From NCBI RefSeq assembly GCF_009914755.1, contig NC_060930.1: DNA of 64,000 bases; one strand, 5' to 3'. Shown piece by piece: positions 26,549 through 41,300 of this stretch (positions within the stretch are counted from its first letter, which is position 1; every line of letters begins with the position of its first letter). Source of the stretch: the human T2T-CHM13v2.0 reference genome, Homo sapiens. Both the position numbers and the translations under genes were made by a program. A model generated the notes under the pieces. It worked only from the letters and a program-made list of their open reading frames with translations, made no database searches and was not told the DNA's origin.

Positions 26549-28834
26549 AAAAGCTAGGACGTTCTCTTGGCAAAACCAATATTATTAATAAACATAACCC
26601 TTTTTTTTGTTTGTTGCCTATGATGACATTCTTAGATTTCAATAGAAATGAGAAATGTAAATAAGCAGTCATTTCACAATTTAATGGTTCAGACTATGAC
26701 AAGTTCTAGAAATGAAATTTCCTACCGTCAATGATCTCTGCCTTCCTAGCCTAGTTAACATGGTAAGGAACATCACTTCTGGTAATCCAGTCAGATGCCG
26801 TATTCAGTGTGAGTGGCTGAGTGTAAGCAGACATTTTTTCTTGTGTCTCACATGACATTGGCTTGGTCTAAGTCTTGTCTGGCATCCTGTTAAGTCTATA
26901 TGACACAACTTTTACTATGCTTTTCCAGCTCATTCTTTTCTCGAGTTATGGACTAAAAATGCAGAACTAATATTCCCAAATGTTTTTACTAGACTTCTTC
27001 AGAACATTAGGAGTACTATAGATAACACCAGTATTATTGTATTGGTTTCTTTAAATAGTTTTTGAGTTTCTGTTTGTTTTTTTTTTAACTGTCACAAGCA
27101 ATGTATTGAATATATAGGGAGTTATATTTTAACAGAATTTCAAAATAGAAAAAGAGCATTTTACTTTTTTGGATTCATGGGAATTTTCAAAATCATTATT
27201 CAAAAATAATGCTTCTCAAATTTATTGAATCATAGTATATGCTCTTTGCTGGCACACTCAAATCTGACTTTGAATGTCAAAACTAATTTTTTATTGTTTC
27301 TCTGTAATTTTCAGCAAGATTACAGACCAATAATCAAAGGAAATAAGGAGATTATGTGACACAGTGTCCTTTATTCTTTTAGAGCAAATTTGGTATTGTT
27401 AAATCTACCTGTAACCATTTGGCTTTTCTTTTTAATGAGTGAATGGTCTTGTAATAATTTTAATTCTAGTAAAGATTTTATGTATCAGTGATAAATTAGT
27501 GCTACTAAGATTTGATTTATAATTTTAAATATATGTAGACAGTAAAGAAAATCTGCACATAGGAATTGTTTCAGAAAGAATGAGTTCACTTTCTTTTATA
27601 ATTATTTGTGATTCTATGTGTGATGGTATGTGTATTTAAGCCTACTTATATACAATCATATAAGTTTTAAAATATAAGATTATCATCAATTTTTCAACTA
27701 AGATAAATTATATTTAATTTGGGGCTTAAAAACTCAGGCAATAATAGAAAATAAGGGTTCCCTTCTAAATTTATTGCTGTCAAGATGAAATACCAAATAT
27801 CATAAGCATTGTCCTTTATAATTCCAAGTATGTTTTACTTTTGAGAGTTTCGTGATGTGCCATTTGGCCTACTTGTTTTACCTCCTTGTTTGCCAAGACA
27901 AGTCTCAAAGGGGTGTATGAAAGATATTTGGGGCCAAATAATAAAGTGTGGTTGAAAAACACTTACCTCCTGTAAATACAGTTTTACTGAGAGAATATCA
28001 AGATTTGCATCTCCAGCAATAATACCAGGTAGTCTTGTAAAATTCCTGATGTCTTTGCTTTACTTTGTTTATATGTAGAATTTTAGAGGATCAATGATGT
28101 TACATGTAAGATGGTACATAATTTAAGTTTCTAAGTTCAAATTCTCTGTAAATTAAAAATCAGCAAAGTAGTGTTTGATTTAAATGAGACATTTTCTTTG
28201 AAAGGATTGTGTCAGAGATTGTTGTCTAGAAGAAAAAAAAGACTTCCTTAACATACACGGTACCTTAAAGAGATTGTGGTTTGTAACTCATTTGACAACT
28301 GTCTATAAAAGTGGTTTCCAATATATATGATAATAAATCTTTGCTTAGATCTTATGTCTGCTTATTTATGTTTAATTACAAAGTAGCCTTTGCAGTGGCC
28401 CTGCTTCTTCTGGTATTTTATCTTATCATGGAAGCTTACATGTGCAGGTGTTCCTCACTGCTTGGTTTTGCAATGCCATTGGAGATATGTCATGTAAGGT
28501 GAGCTGCTGAAATCAGCTACTCAAGGACTATTGCATGACTCCCAAGAGTTCTGTGCTTCCTCCCACAGCTTGTACCTACTAAACAACTTTTGTTGTCAAG
28601 GTTCATATAAGACCTACATTTGGAATTCCTGGAAAATTACTCACATTAATTCTTTGAATGTTTCTTTCTTCCTGGAATTATATTTTTTGACCATCAACTT
28701 TATGCAATACTCTAGAAAGATAGTAATAGCATTCTCACATTCTCAGCACTACATTTTCTTCTCTATTATTTGTCAAGTATTAAAGGCCCCAGAGGGGTCA
28801 CCAGGATGAAAACTGAGGATTTGTCATCATAAAA

Positions 28835-28960
28835 TTCCAGATTAAAATTCTAGTTCTGAAATATTTTGCTGTGAGGACAAATTTCTTAAGCTGTCATAGC
28901 CACACTTTCCTCACGTATAAAATACAGCTGAGAACAGAGGCTAAATGAGTATTAAGTATC
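28835..28960 (+). mobile_element. MIR fragment
   Basis: 'aaattctagttctg...gctgtgaggacaaatttcttaagctgtc...ctttcctcacgtataaaat'. Confidence 0.5.
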
Positions 28961-29319
28961 TTTACCTCAGACCATTTAAAATGAAGCTAACTTGTAAAAG
29001 TCTGAGCAACAAGGATTAGAGGAAGTACAATGAAATGCATAACAATGAAGCACATAACTTGTGTCATGAGAGATCCTGTGAAAATGTCCTTTAGAAACAG
29101 TGACCAATGTATACAGGTTAACTTGTAATGTCTTTAATGTAGAAGAAAAACAAACAAATGCCATTGCTTTTACTATCAATACAACCTCTGGGGTGGGTGG
29201 TGGAGTGGGTATGGTTGCTGAATCTTCTCTCTGCCTATAAATATTAATACCACTTGTATGTGTGAACATTTATGTGTGTGATGTGGTTGTATGTAGATGC
29301 AGGTGTGGAGGTGAATTGC

Positions 29320-29480
29320 TTCTAGGCTTGGGTTTAAACCTCAGACCCACACAGTGGTCTAGACCACTTCTGTGATCTAGACCCTTAATTTTTGTTTCCT
29401 CATATTTGAAAGAGGACAATAACAATTTATCTCTAAATGTCACTGAATTAGTATGAAAATCTTGAGATAATTAAAGTGAT
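29320..29480 (+). mobile_element. MIR fragment
   Basis: 'ggcttgggtttaaacctcag...gtttcctcatatttgaaagaggacaataac'. Confidence 0.45.
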
Positions 29481-31716
29481 AATTAAACTGCAAAGTATCA
29501 TAAAACATAAAGCACTGTTATACAAGCTTTGTATATCTGCACTCAGAAAGAAAATGCCTTCAATGCTCTACCATTTGCTTTCTTTTTGAAATTATAAAAT
29601 AAAGCACAAGGAAAACCTCATGAAATAAATGTATAATTTAATGCATTGTTGTAAAATCAACATCCTGGTGAACACCATCCAGATCAATAAATAGAACTTT
29701 GCCAGCCACCGAGAAGCTTCTGTATGTGCACCATTCAATCATAAGCCCCTTTTGGTCTCTCCAAAGTAGCCACTACTCTAATTTTTATAGCAATTATTTC
29801 CTTGCATTTCTTTATAGTTTTATCACCCAAGTAGGCATCCCTAGGAACAATAGTTGGGTCTTACCCCTTTTTTTTAAGGCAATGTCTTCTAAGTTGCTAT
29901 TCATCTACCAGTTCCCTTCTCTATTCCATTTTGTCTTCCACTTCTCTTAAAAAATACCAATAATTCACATTGGAAGTCTTCCACAATCTGAATTTTATTG
30001 ATTGATGTTTCTTAGTGAAGTCAGCATAGTTCCTCTGTCCTCTGTGTTCCTTGCAAATTGTTGGCTGAATCCAGATGCTTGATCAGAATGTTTATCATTT
30101 TGACAAGACTATGGTTAGTTTTGGGTTTATTCATCAGTGTCTGGTGTTCTCTCTTTCTGGGTGTTATTGGCTGTTGATGCTCAATGCCTAAATCTATTAA
30201 TTTATAAGAGACTGCAAAACAGTACTTTTAAAATTCTGTCATTTCTTTTTCACATATTAATGGAAAGAATTTGGTAGAGATAGTCATCCTCATATACTGT
30301 TTGTTCACTCAGTGATATTGTTTATATAGGTAAGTCAAGATAATTAATTGATTGTTTTCCTTTTATTTCCCCTGGTTTTAAAATAATGAATTATTATTAT
30401 ATCCTTTTGAAACTCAAGTTATTCCATGGAAATTTCTAAATCTTTTTCACATGACCTTAGTGTTCTTTGATAATTCTAGATTCACCCTCTTCATGCTAAG
30501 AACTTGCGATTTTCTTTCTAGGCCTTTTCAGTGTACGGGGCTGTTATTTTTAAACGTACGTATATAAAAATGTCTCATTACTTTATTCTGATACAATTCA
30601 ACTTCAGGACAGAGTCTTTATTTAACTTCATCTGAAGTGTACCTATTTCTTCATTCTTTCACAAGTGTCCTTGTTTCTCAAAGACACAGAGGATGGTACA
30701 ATTAAAATACTTTATAAAACCAGATAGTTTTATTTCACATTATACACACAACATTCTCAGAATAACAATTCTCCTTATGATTACTGGAATAGGTCACAGT
30801 TTTCCATATTGTTTCTCCAGTCATCTTCTATGTTATTTAGAATAGTTGTACTATATTTACATTGGCAGAACATGTAGCTATTAAAATACTCTCCCTTTTA
30901 AATTAAACTCTCATTTAATTTTAGTTCTCCAAGTAAATATTTATTCAAAGGTACATTTTCTTTCTTTCATTATCATTAAATATATTATTCTATTTCTTTA
31001 GTGCATAAAGTGTTGCTGCCAAAAGTCTGATGAAAATCTATTTTTTCTTTATAAACCATCAGCTATTTTTTTTCTTTCCTTTAAAGTCCAGTACTTTACT
31101 AGAATATGCATTGATATTGATTATTCTGGGTCAGTATTCTCAGATAATCTCAGATGTATGAAACAATGTGGATCTTTCAATTTGTAGTCATATTTTTTTC
31201 AGGGATTACATTTTGTTGTGCATTTGTTCTGTTCCCTTGTTTCTCCTTCCCCAACTCCCCTTTTATCCTTTTGTTGGATCTTTTTTATCAATCTCCATAA
31301 TTTGTCATTGTCTTAAATACCTTTTTATCTCTTCATTTATTTCCAATGTTTAAAAAAGTATTTGCTTTCACTTTCTATTTCTCTTAAAACATTATCTGTT
31401 ATGGTTTTCTTTTGCATTTTCTCTAATTTTTTATTCATTTCTATTTTTTTATTTCTAATTCATTTCTAAACTCTTTTACCTCATTTCTAGTTATTCTAAT
31501 TTATGTTTTTTAATGTCTTATAACCATTCCTTATGTGTATAGTTAAACTTATGTACAGGTTGTTTTGTGGCCATATCTTTCTGCCATAATTCCTTTGCCG
31601 GTAGGGATATTACTTTACTTCTTATCATCTTTTTTCTTTTAGCAATCGGTGTGCTATTTAATCTCAACACCTTTCTGTTGCTGATTATTTTGCTAGGAGA
31701 TACATATTTAACATAA

Positions 31717-32044
<328 letters not shown>

Positions 32045-32299
32045 CCTCTTCTATTGTTTTTGTGAAATGCACAAACATATGATGACTTGCTTTCTAATAT
32101 TTACTGTCTCTTTATCCTTCGTTTTATCTATAATTTATCTTTTATTCATCTATTTTGCTTACATTCTACTCAACTTTGCTTCCATCCTAGCAGTTTCTCA
32201 TCAGTGTGGGGCTTTCCTGTAAAAGAAATTTAGCCGGTTGGTTTTCAAAGTTTATGTGGTCCCCACTGGTCCAACCCTTTAAGAAATTACTGACTATTC

Positions 32300-32932
32300 T
32301 GTGGTGGGCAGAATTCTAAAGATTACTCACAAGATTTCTGTTGCCTGGTTATTCAATCAGACACTAATCTAAGTACTCTCGTGAAGGAACTTTACAGGTG
32401 TCATTAAGGTTACTAATCAGCTGACCTTAAAATCAGGAGATGGTCCTGGATTATCAAAGTAAGCCAAAATCTAAACATATAAGCCCTGAAAAAAAAAAGG
32501 AAATGTCTCAAAGTTGAGCCAAAAGATGCCACAGAAAGAAATTCAGATATATTTGAATTATAAGAGGGACTTGACCTAACACTGCTGTCTTTGAAGATGG
32601 AGGAAGAGAGACACAAGTCAAGGATGTCAGCATCTTCTAGAAGCTGAGAATGATTATGGGCCAGTAGTCAATGAGGAAATGGGGACCTCATTTTAACAAC
32701 CACATGAAATTCTGTTGACAAACTGAATAAGATTATAAATAAATCCATCCTCAGAGCCTCTAGAAAGGAATTCAGCCCAGCTGACACCTTGATTTCAGCC
32801 TTGTGGGCCCTGGAGCAGAGAAAGCTTCCAAGCTTATAGGACTTCTCACCTACAGGACTGTGAGATAATAAATTTGTGTTTTTTTAAGCCACTAAGTTTG
32901 TGATAAATTATAGCCGCAATAGAAAACTCTGT
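32300..32932 (+). mobile_element. MLT1E-like solo LTR
   Basis: Starts 'tgtggtgggcagaattctaaaga', contains 'ctaatcagctgaccttaaaat' and ends 'gcaatagaaaact'. Confidence 0.82.
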
Positions 32933-33614
32933 AGAGCTCTTGTATTCAGATACTTATTTAAGCTGCTGTTCTCAAGTTGGCTCGTTTTCCTCTAAAATGA
33001 ATACTATTGGCTATTTGGAGTTTCTTAAATTCATGTTCATTGAATGTTCTGTTACCTCTTTATGTTTCTTTTTATATAGATGCTGATAAAATCCTGGTCT
33101 TTTAGCTGTAGAATTTATCCTCTGCAGTTTGTATTTTGTGGTCTGTAGGGCTGTCATGTAAATTAGTGTTGCTGTTCATGTTATCCACAGGTTTTCAATT
33201 TGTATTCAGTTGTTCTATTTTTATATAAGGATTCAGAAGGATTACAAATTTGCTGCTGCCATCTTGCCAGAGTCTCTCTGGTCTTAATGTTCTTGTTAGT
33301 CTATGACTCTTACCCAAACTTGATCTTCTTTTATAAACATACTGTAATTATCTCATCTGACCTGTGCCTCCCGGTGATAGCTTACCTTATTTCTCTCAGT
33401 ACTTTTGAACTCCATTGCCTCATATACTATGTGGGTGTATGTCTATTAATTTGCTACTTTGCAAATGGGATTTGATTGTTTCCTGCTGAGTGATACTTAG
33501 TGTTCTTATGCTGTGGACAATGACTGCATTTACTGTATTTTGGTCACTTAAAATGGTGCACAGCATCTAGCAGGTATTTTATACATCAGGTTAGACCTAT
33601 GTGTCTAATGCAAT

Positions 33615-33930
33615 CATGATTCTTCAATGAGGAAATCCAAGAGAATCCCAAGAAAATCAACTAAGAAACTGTTAAAACCATGAAAACATTTCGTAATAGT
33701 CAATGGAGAAAAAGAAAAATATACAAAAAGATCTATGGATTTCTTAAATGCCAGAAATAGTTAAGAAACTATAATAAAAATAATCTATTAGTAATAGCAA
33801 TAAAAACATAAACAACAATATAATATACTCACCAAGAAAGTGTTACCTATATACAAATCCTCACTGAGAGCCAAAAAAATTTAGCACATGAAGATATATA
33901 TACACACAATGTTCTTAAATGTGATTTTTC
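33615..33930 (+). mobile_element. Ancient L1 ORF2 fragment
   Basis: A-rich 'aatcccaagaaaatcaactaagaaactgttaaaac...aaaatatacaaaagatctatggatttctta', similar to ORF2 just after the RT core. Confidence 0.5.
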
Positions 33931-33972
33931 AGAAATAATATCATATAAGTATTAGAGTAAAATTTAAGTGAC

Positions 33973-34434
33973 TGTGTTAGGATTCTCCAGAGTTACAGAA
34001 CGAATAAGGTAAATAGATAATGATATATGAGAGATTTTTTATTAGAGGAACTGGTTCATGTGATTATGGAGGTTGAGAAGCCCCATGATAGATCAGGTGC
34101 AAGTTGAAGAACCGGGGAAATCAGTAGCATGGCTGTCCAAGTTTGAAAGCCTCAGAACCAGGGAAACTGATGTTGTAACTCCCAGCCCCAGGGCCTGAGA
34201 GTCAGGAGAAGGGAGTGGGTGGTGGTGGAGTGGTGTCACTGGTGCAGGTTCCAGAGTCCAAAGGATGGAAAACCTGGATTTTTAATGTCTGAGGGCAGGA
34301 GAAAAAATGTGTCCCAGCTCCAGGAGAGAGAGAGAACAAATTCGTCTTTCCTCTGCTTTTTGTTCTACACTACCCTACCCTTTTTGTTCTACCCTGTAAT
34401 CCAGTCAAGTTGACACCTAAATTTAACTAGCACA
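33973..34434 (-). mobile_element. MLT2B-like (ERVL) solo LTR
   Basis: 'tgtgttaggattctccagag' ... 'ccagtcaagttgacacctaaatttaactagcaca'; TSD gtgac/gtgaa. Confidence 0.85.
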
Positions 34435-34496
34435 GTGAATATGCATATTGTAGTAAGAAAAACCTCTTCAAGCATACTATTAAAAACAGAAATTAT

Positions 34497-34778
34497 GGCC
34501 AGTTGCAGTGACTTATGCCTGTAATCCCAGAGCTTTAAGAGAATAGGGAGGGAGGATCCCTTGAAGTCAAGAATTTGAGACCAGCCTGGACAACATAAAA
34601 AGACTCTATCTCTACAAAAAAAAAAGTTAACAAAAATGAGCCAGGCACTTGGCACACACCTATAGTTCCAACTAGTTGGGAGGCTGAGGCCAGAGGCTGT
34701 CTGGGAAGCTTGAGCCCAGGAGCTTAAGGTTGCAGTGAATGAGACCCTGTCTCAAAAAAAAAAAAAAAAAAAAGGGGG
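34497..34778 (+). mobile_element. AluJ-like element with an internal deletion in the right arm
   Basis: 'cttgagcccaggag' and 'gagaccctgtctc' are present; 'gcagtga' joins almost directly to 'tgagaccc'; TSD aacagaaattat at 34485-34496 and 34779-34790. Confidence 0.88.
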
Positions 34779-35358
34779 AACAGAAATTATAAAGAAAAGA
34801 TAGAAAGATTTGATTCTCTGTCTCTCTCTCACTGAAGTTTAATGTACTTTGTTGGTTACAGTATAAGATAATTATCTTGTTTAGCAAAAATATGTTTAAA
34901 TGGCTTGTTAATTAAAGTGTACATAACCCAAACTCCAGTAATTTGCCCTAAAATCATCATGAATTGAAGAAAATATTTCATTCTAAACATATTAATTACA
35001 GTATAATTCATAATTTAACAAATTGGAAATATAAAAAATTGAAAAACATAAATTTTCTAAAATTTATTAAACTAAATTAATTATGCTTCACCCAACCTAG
35101 GGCATATAAGTACCAATTTAAAATACTGTTAGTTTTGTGTGTCAGGGGTGTGTGTGCATTGACTAGAAAGATGTTTATAGTAATATAGCAAAACAGCTTA
35201 CAGAAAGTATATAAATTTATTTGTGATTTTTTAAGAAAAAAAAAATAATCCTGAGTACTTTTCTGAAAACAAGGCTCCCAGACTTTTCCACCATTTAATT
35301 ACATTTAACCATCTTAGCAATATATTCATGACACAAGGACGTCCTCTTTAGTATTCTT

Positions 35359-38300
35359 TTTTTTTTTAATTTTACTTTAAGTTCTGGGATACAAGTGCAG
35401 AACATACAGGTTTGTTACATAGGTATACATGTGTCGTGGTTTGCTGCACCTATCAACCTGTTATCTAGGTTTTAAGTCCCACATGCATTAGCTATTTGTC
35501 CTAAGGCTCTCCTTTCCCTTGCCCCCCACCTGCTGACTGGCCCCAGTATGTGTCGTTCCCCTCCCTGTGTCCATGTGTTCTCATTGTTCAACTCTCACTT
35601 GAGTGAGAACATATGGTGTTTGGTTTTCTGTTACTGTGTTAGTTTGCTGAGGATGATGGCTTCCAGCTTCATCCATGTCCCTGCAAAGGACACGATCTCA
35701 TTCATTTTTGTGGCTGCATAGTATTCCACGGTGTATATGTATCACATTTTCATTATCCAATCTATCATTGATAGGCATTTGGGTTGGTTCCATGCCTTTG
35801 CTCTTATAAATAGTGTTGCAATAAACATATGTGTGCATGTGTCTTTATAGTAGTTGATTTATATTCCTTTGGGTATTCACCCAGTAATGGGATTGCTGGA
35901 TCAAATGGTATTTCTGGTTCTAGATCCTTGAGGAATAACCACACTGTCTTCCATGATAGTTGAATTAATTTACATTTCCACCAACAGTGTAAAAGTGTTT
36001 CTATTTCTCCACAGCCTTACCAGCATCTATTGTTTCTTGACTCTTTAATAATCACCATTCTGACTGGTGTGAGATGGTATATCATTGTGGTTTTGATTTT
36101 CACTTCGCTAATGATCAGTGATGTTGAGCTTTTTTCATGTTTGTTGGTCACATAAATGTCTTCTTTTGAGAAGTGTCTGTTCATATACTTTGCCTGCTTT
36201 TTGATGGTTTTTTTTTCTTGTAAATTTGTTTAAGTTTCTTGTAGATTATGGATATTAGACCTTTGTCAGAAAGGTAGATTGCAAAATTTTTTTCCCATTT
36301 CTATGGGCTGCCTGTTCACTCTGATGATAGTTTCTTTTGCTGTGCAGAAGCTGTTTAGTTTAATCAGATACCATTTGTCAATTTTAGCTTTTGTTGCTTT
36401 TGGCGTTTTCGTCATGAAGTATTTGCCCATGCCTATGTCCTGAATGGTATTGCCTAGTTTTTCTTCTAGGGTTTTTATGGTTTTGGGTTTTGCATATAAG
36501 TCTTTAATCCATCTTGAGTTAATTTTGTATAAGCTGTAAGGAAGGAATCCAGTTTCAGTTTTCTGCATATGGCTAGCCAGTTTTTCCAGCACCATTTATC
36601 AATTAAGGAATCCTTTCCCCATTGCTTGTTTTTGTCAGGTTTGTCAAAGATCAGATGGTTGTAGATGTGTGGTGTTATTTCTGAGGTCTCTGTTCAGTTC
36701 CATTGGTCTGTGTGCCTGTTTTGGTACCAGTACTATGCTGTTTTGGTTACTGTATCCTTGTAGTATAGTTTGAAGTCAGGTAGCAAGATGCCTCCAGCTT
36801 TGTTCTTTTTGCTTAGGATTGTCTTGGCTATACGGGATCTTTTTTGTGCCATATAAAATTTAAAGTAGTTTTTTTCTAATTCTGTAAAGAATGTCAATGG
36901 TGGTTTGAGGGGAATAACATTGAATCTATTAATTACTTTGGGCAGTATGTCCATTTTCATGACATTGATTCTTCCGATCCATGAGGTTGGAATGTTTTTT
37001 CATTTGTTTGTGTTGTCTCTTATTTTCTCAAGCAGTGGTTTGTAGTTCTCCTTGAAGCGGTTCTTCATGTCCCTTGGAAGTTGTATTCCTAGGTATTTCA
37101 TTCTCTTTGCAGCAATTGTGGATGGGAGTTCATTCATGATTTGGTTCTCTGTTTGTCTATTGTTGGTGTATAAGAATGCTTGTGATTTTTGCACATTGAT
37201 TTTGTATCCTGAGATTTTGCTAAAGTTGCTTATCAGTTTAAGGAGTTTGGGGGCTGCGACAATGGGGTTTTCTAAATATAGACTCATGTCGTCTGCAAAC
37301 AGAAACAATTTTATTTCTTCTCTTCCTATATGAATACCTTTTATTTCTTTCTTTTGCCTGATTGCCCTGGCCAGAACTTCCAATAATATGTTGACCATGA
37401 GTTGTGAGAGAGGGCACCCTTGTCTTGTGGCGATTTTCAAAGGAAATGCTTCCAGCTTTTGCCCATTTAGTATGATATTGGCTGTGAGTTTTTCATAAAT
37501 AGCTCTTATTATTTTGAGATATGTTCCATCAGTATGTAGTTTATTGAGAGTTTTTAACATGAAGAGATGCTGAATTTTATCAAAGGTCTTTTCTGCATCT
37601 ATAGAGATAATTATGGTTTTTTGTCATTGATTATGTGATGGATTACATTTATTGATTGTGTATGTTGAACCAGCCTTGCATCCCAGGGATGAAACTGACT
37701 TGATTGTGGTGAATAAGTTTTTGAATGTGCTGCTGAATTAGGTTTGCCAGTATTTTATTGAGGATTTTCACATGGATGTTCATCAGAGATATTGGCCTGA
37801 AGTTTCTTTTATTGTTGTGTCTCTGCCAGGATTTGGTATCAGGATGATGCTGGCCTTATAAAATGAGAGGAAGAAGTCCCTCCTTTTCAATTGTTTGGAG
37901 TAGTTTCAGAAGGAATGGTACCAGCTCCTCTTTGTACCTTTGGATACCTCTGGTGGAATTCGGCTGTTAATCCATCTGGTCCTGGGCTTTTTATAGTTGG
38001 TAGGCTATCAGTTACTACCTCAATATGAAAACTTGTTATTGATCTATTCAGGGATTCAACTTCTTTCTGATTAAGTCTTGGGAGGGTGTATGTGTCCAGA
38101 AATTTATCCATTTTTTTTCCAGGTTTTCTAGTTTATTTGCCTAGAGGTGTTTATAGTATTCCTTGATGGTAGTTTGTAATTTTGTGGCGTCAGTGGTGAT
38201 ATCCCTTTCATCATTTTTTATTTTGTCTATTTAATTCTTCTCTATTTTCTTTTCTATTAGTCTAGCTAGCGGTCTATGTATTTTGTTAATTTTTCTGAAA

Positions 38301-41300
38301 AAAACAGCTCCTGAATTCGTTAATTTTTTGAAGGGTTTTTTGTGTCTCTCTCTTTCAGTTCTGCTTGGATCTTAGTTATTTCTTGTCTTCTGCGAGCTTT
38401 TGAATTTGTTTGCTCTTGCTTCTCTAGCTCCTTTAATTGCGACGTTAAGGTGTCGATTTTAGAACTTTCTAGCTTTCTGATGTGGCCATTTACTGCCATA
38501 AATTTCCCTCTTAACACTGCTTTAGCTGCATCCCAGAGATTCTGGTATGTTGTCTCTTTGCTCTCGTTGGTTTCAAAGAACTTCTTGATTTCTTCTTAAT
38601 TTCATTATTTACTCAGGAGTCATTCAGAAGCAGGTTGTTCAGTTTCCATGTAGTTGTGTGGTTTTGAGTTAGTTTCTTAATCCTGAGTTCCAATTTGACT
38701 GCACTGTGTTCTGAGAGACTGTTTGTTATGATTTCCGCTCTTTCGCATTTGCTAAGGAGTATTTTACTTCCAATTATGTGGTAAATTTTAGAATAAATGC
38801 CATGTGGCACTGAGAAAAATGTATATTCTGTTGATTTGGGATGAAGAGTTCTGTAGATGTCTATTAGGACCATTTGATCCAGGGCTGAATTCAAGTCCTG
38901 AATATTCTTGTTAATTTTCTGTCTCAATGATCTGTCTAATACTGACAATGGGGTGTTAAAGTCTCCCACTATTATTCTGTGGGAGTCTAAGTTTCTTTGT
39001 AGGTCTCTAAGAACTTGTTTTTTGAATCTGGGTCCTCCTGTTTTGGGTGCATATATATTTAGGATAGTTAGCTCTTCTTTACCATTATGTATTGCCTTTC
39101 TTTGTCTTGTTTGATCTTTGTTGGTTTAAAGACTGTTTTGTCAGAGACTAGGATTGCAAACCCTGCTTTTTTTTTTCTTTCCATTTTCTTGGTAAATTTT
39201 CCTCTATCCCTTTACTTTGAGCTTATGTGCGTCTTTGCATGTGAGATGGGTCTGCTGAATATAACACAACAATGGGTCTTGACTCTTTATACAATTTGCC
39301 AGTTTGTGTCTTTTAACTGGGAGCATTTAGCCCATTTACATTGAAGGTTAACATAGTTATGTTTGAATTTCATACTGTCATCATGATGCTATCTGGTTAT
39401 TTTGCATACTAGTTGATACAAGTTCTTCATAGTGTCACTGGTCTTTATATTTTGGTGTGTTTTTGCAGTGGCTGGTACTGGTTTTTCCTTTCCACATTTA
39501 GTGCTTCCTTCAGGAGCTCTTGCAAGGCAGGCCTCGTGGTGACAAAATCCCTCAGCATTTGCTTGTCTGGAAAGGATTTTATTTCTCCTTTGCTTATAAA
39601 GCTTAGTTGACTGGATATGAAATTCTGGGTCGAAAATTCTTTTTCTTTAAGAATGTCGAATATTGCCACCCCGCCCTCTGGCTTCTAGGGTTTCTGCTGA
39701 GAGGTCTGCTGTTAGTCCAATAGGCTTCCCTTTGTAGGTGACTTGGCCTTTCTCTTTGGCTACCCTTAACATTTTTTCCTTTATTTTGACCTTGGAGAAT
39801 CTGATGATTATGTGTCTTGGGGTTGATCTTCTCTTGGAGTATCTTAGCAGTGTTCTCTGTATTTCCTAAATTTGAATGTTGGCCTGTCTTGCTAGGTTGG
39901 GGAAGTTCTCCTGAATAATATCCTGAAGTGTGTTTTCCAACTTGGTTTCATTCTCCTGTCTCTTTCCGGTACTCCAATCAATCATAGGTTCAGTCTTTTT
40001 ACATAGCCCCATATTTCTTGGAGGTTTTTTTCATTCCTTTTTGTTCTTTTTTTCTCTAATTTTGTCTGTATGCTTTATTTCAGCAGGATACTCTTCAAAC
40101 TCTGATACCCTTTCTTCCCCTTGGTCAATTCGGCTATTGATACTTGTGTATGCTTCATGATGTTCTTGTGCTGTGTTTTTCAATTCCATGAGGTCATTTA
40201 TGTTCCTCTTTAAAATGGCTATTCTAGTTAGCAGCTCCTATAACCTTTTATCAAGATTCTTCGCTTCTTTTCATTGGGTTAGAATATGCTCCTTTAGCTC
40301 AGCGGACTTTGTTATTATCCACCTTCTGAAGCCTACTTCTGTCAATTCGCCCATCTCATCCTCTCCAGTTCACACTTGCAGGAAAGGCGTTGCAGACATT
40401 TGGAGGAAAAGAGGCACTCTGGCCTTTTGGGTTTTCAACGTTTTTTTCATTGATGCTTTCTCTTCTTCATGAGTTTGTCTAGTTTTGATCTTTGAGGCTG
40501 CTGAGCCTTGGATGGGGTTTTTATGGAGGCTTGTTGTTGTTGTTGTTGTTGTTGATGCTATTTTTGTTGCTTTCTGTTTGTTTTTCTTTCAGTTATCAGG
40601 TCCCTCTTCTATACGGCTGCAGCAGATTGCTGTGGGTTCACTTCAGGCCTTATTCATCTGGTTCACTCCAGCATCTGGAGATGTCACTCAAAGAGGCTGG
40701 AGAACAGCAAAGATTGGTGCCTACTCCTTCCTCTGGGATCTCTGACCCTGAGGGGCACTGACCTGGTGCCAGTAGGTATGCTCCTGAATAGGGTGTCTGA
40801 CAACCCCTTTCGGAGTGTCTCACCCAGTTGGGTAGCACAGGGAGCAGGACCCATTTAACAAAGCACTTTGACTGTCCCTTGGTGGAGGAGGTGTGCTTCG
40901 CTAGGGGAAAACCCACTTGCTTGAGCTGCCCAGATTCCTCAGAACTAGCAAGAGGACAGACTAAGTCTGCTGGTCCTTGGATACTATGGCTACCCCTCCT
41001 GCTAGAGGCTCAGGCTCAGGGAGATCAGAGTTCTGTCTCTGAGCTCCTGGCAGGAGTTGTTGGAGCTACTGCAGGGAGGCCTTGCCCAGTGAGGAGTGAT
41101 GGGTCAGGGTCAGGCCTGAAGAGGGGCTCTGGCCACAGTCTGCCACAACTGGTGTGTTGGGCTGTGGGGGATACCGCTTGGAATTTCTTGGCTTCAGCAG
41201 GGGAAAAGCATGGCCTGGAACTATAGGGATGGCAGCTGCCCCTCCCCCTCCCTAGGAGCTTAGTGTTAGGCAGCTGTCAGTCCCAGTGCTGGCTGCTGTC

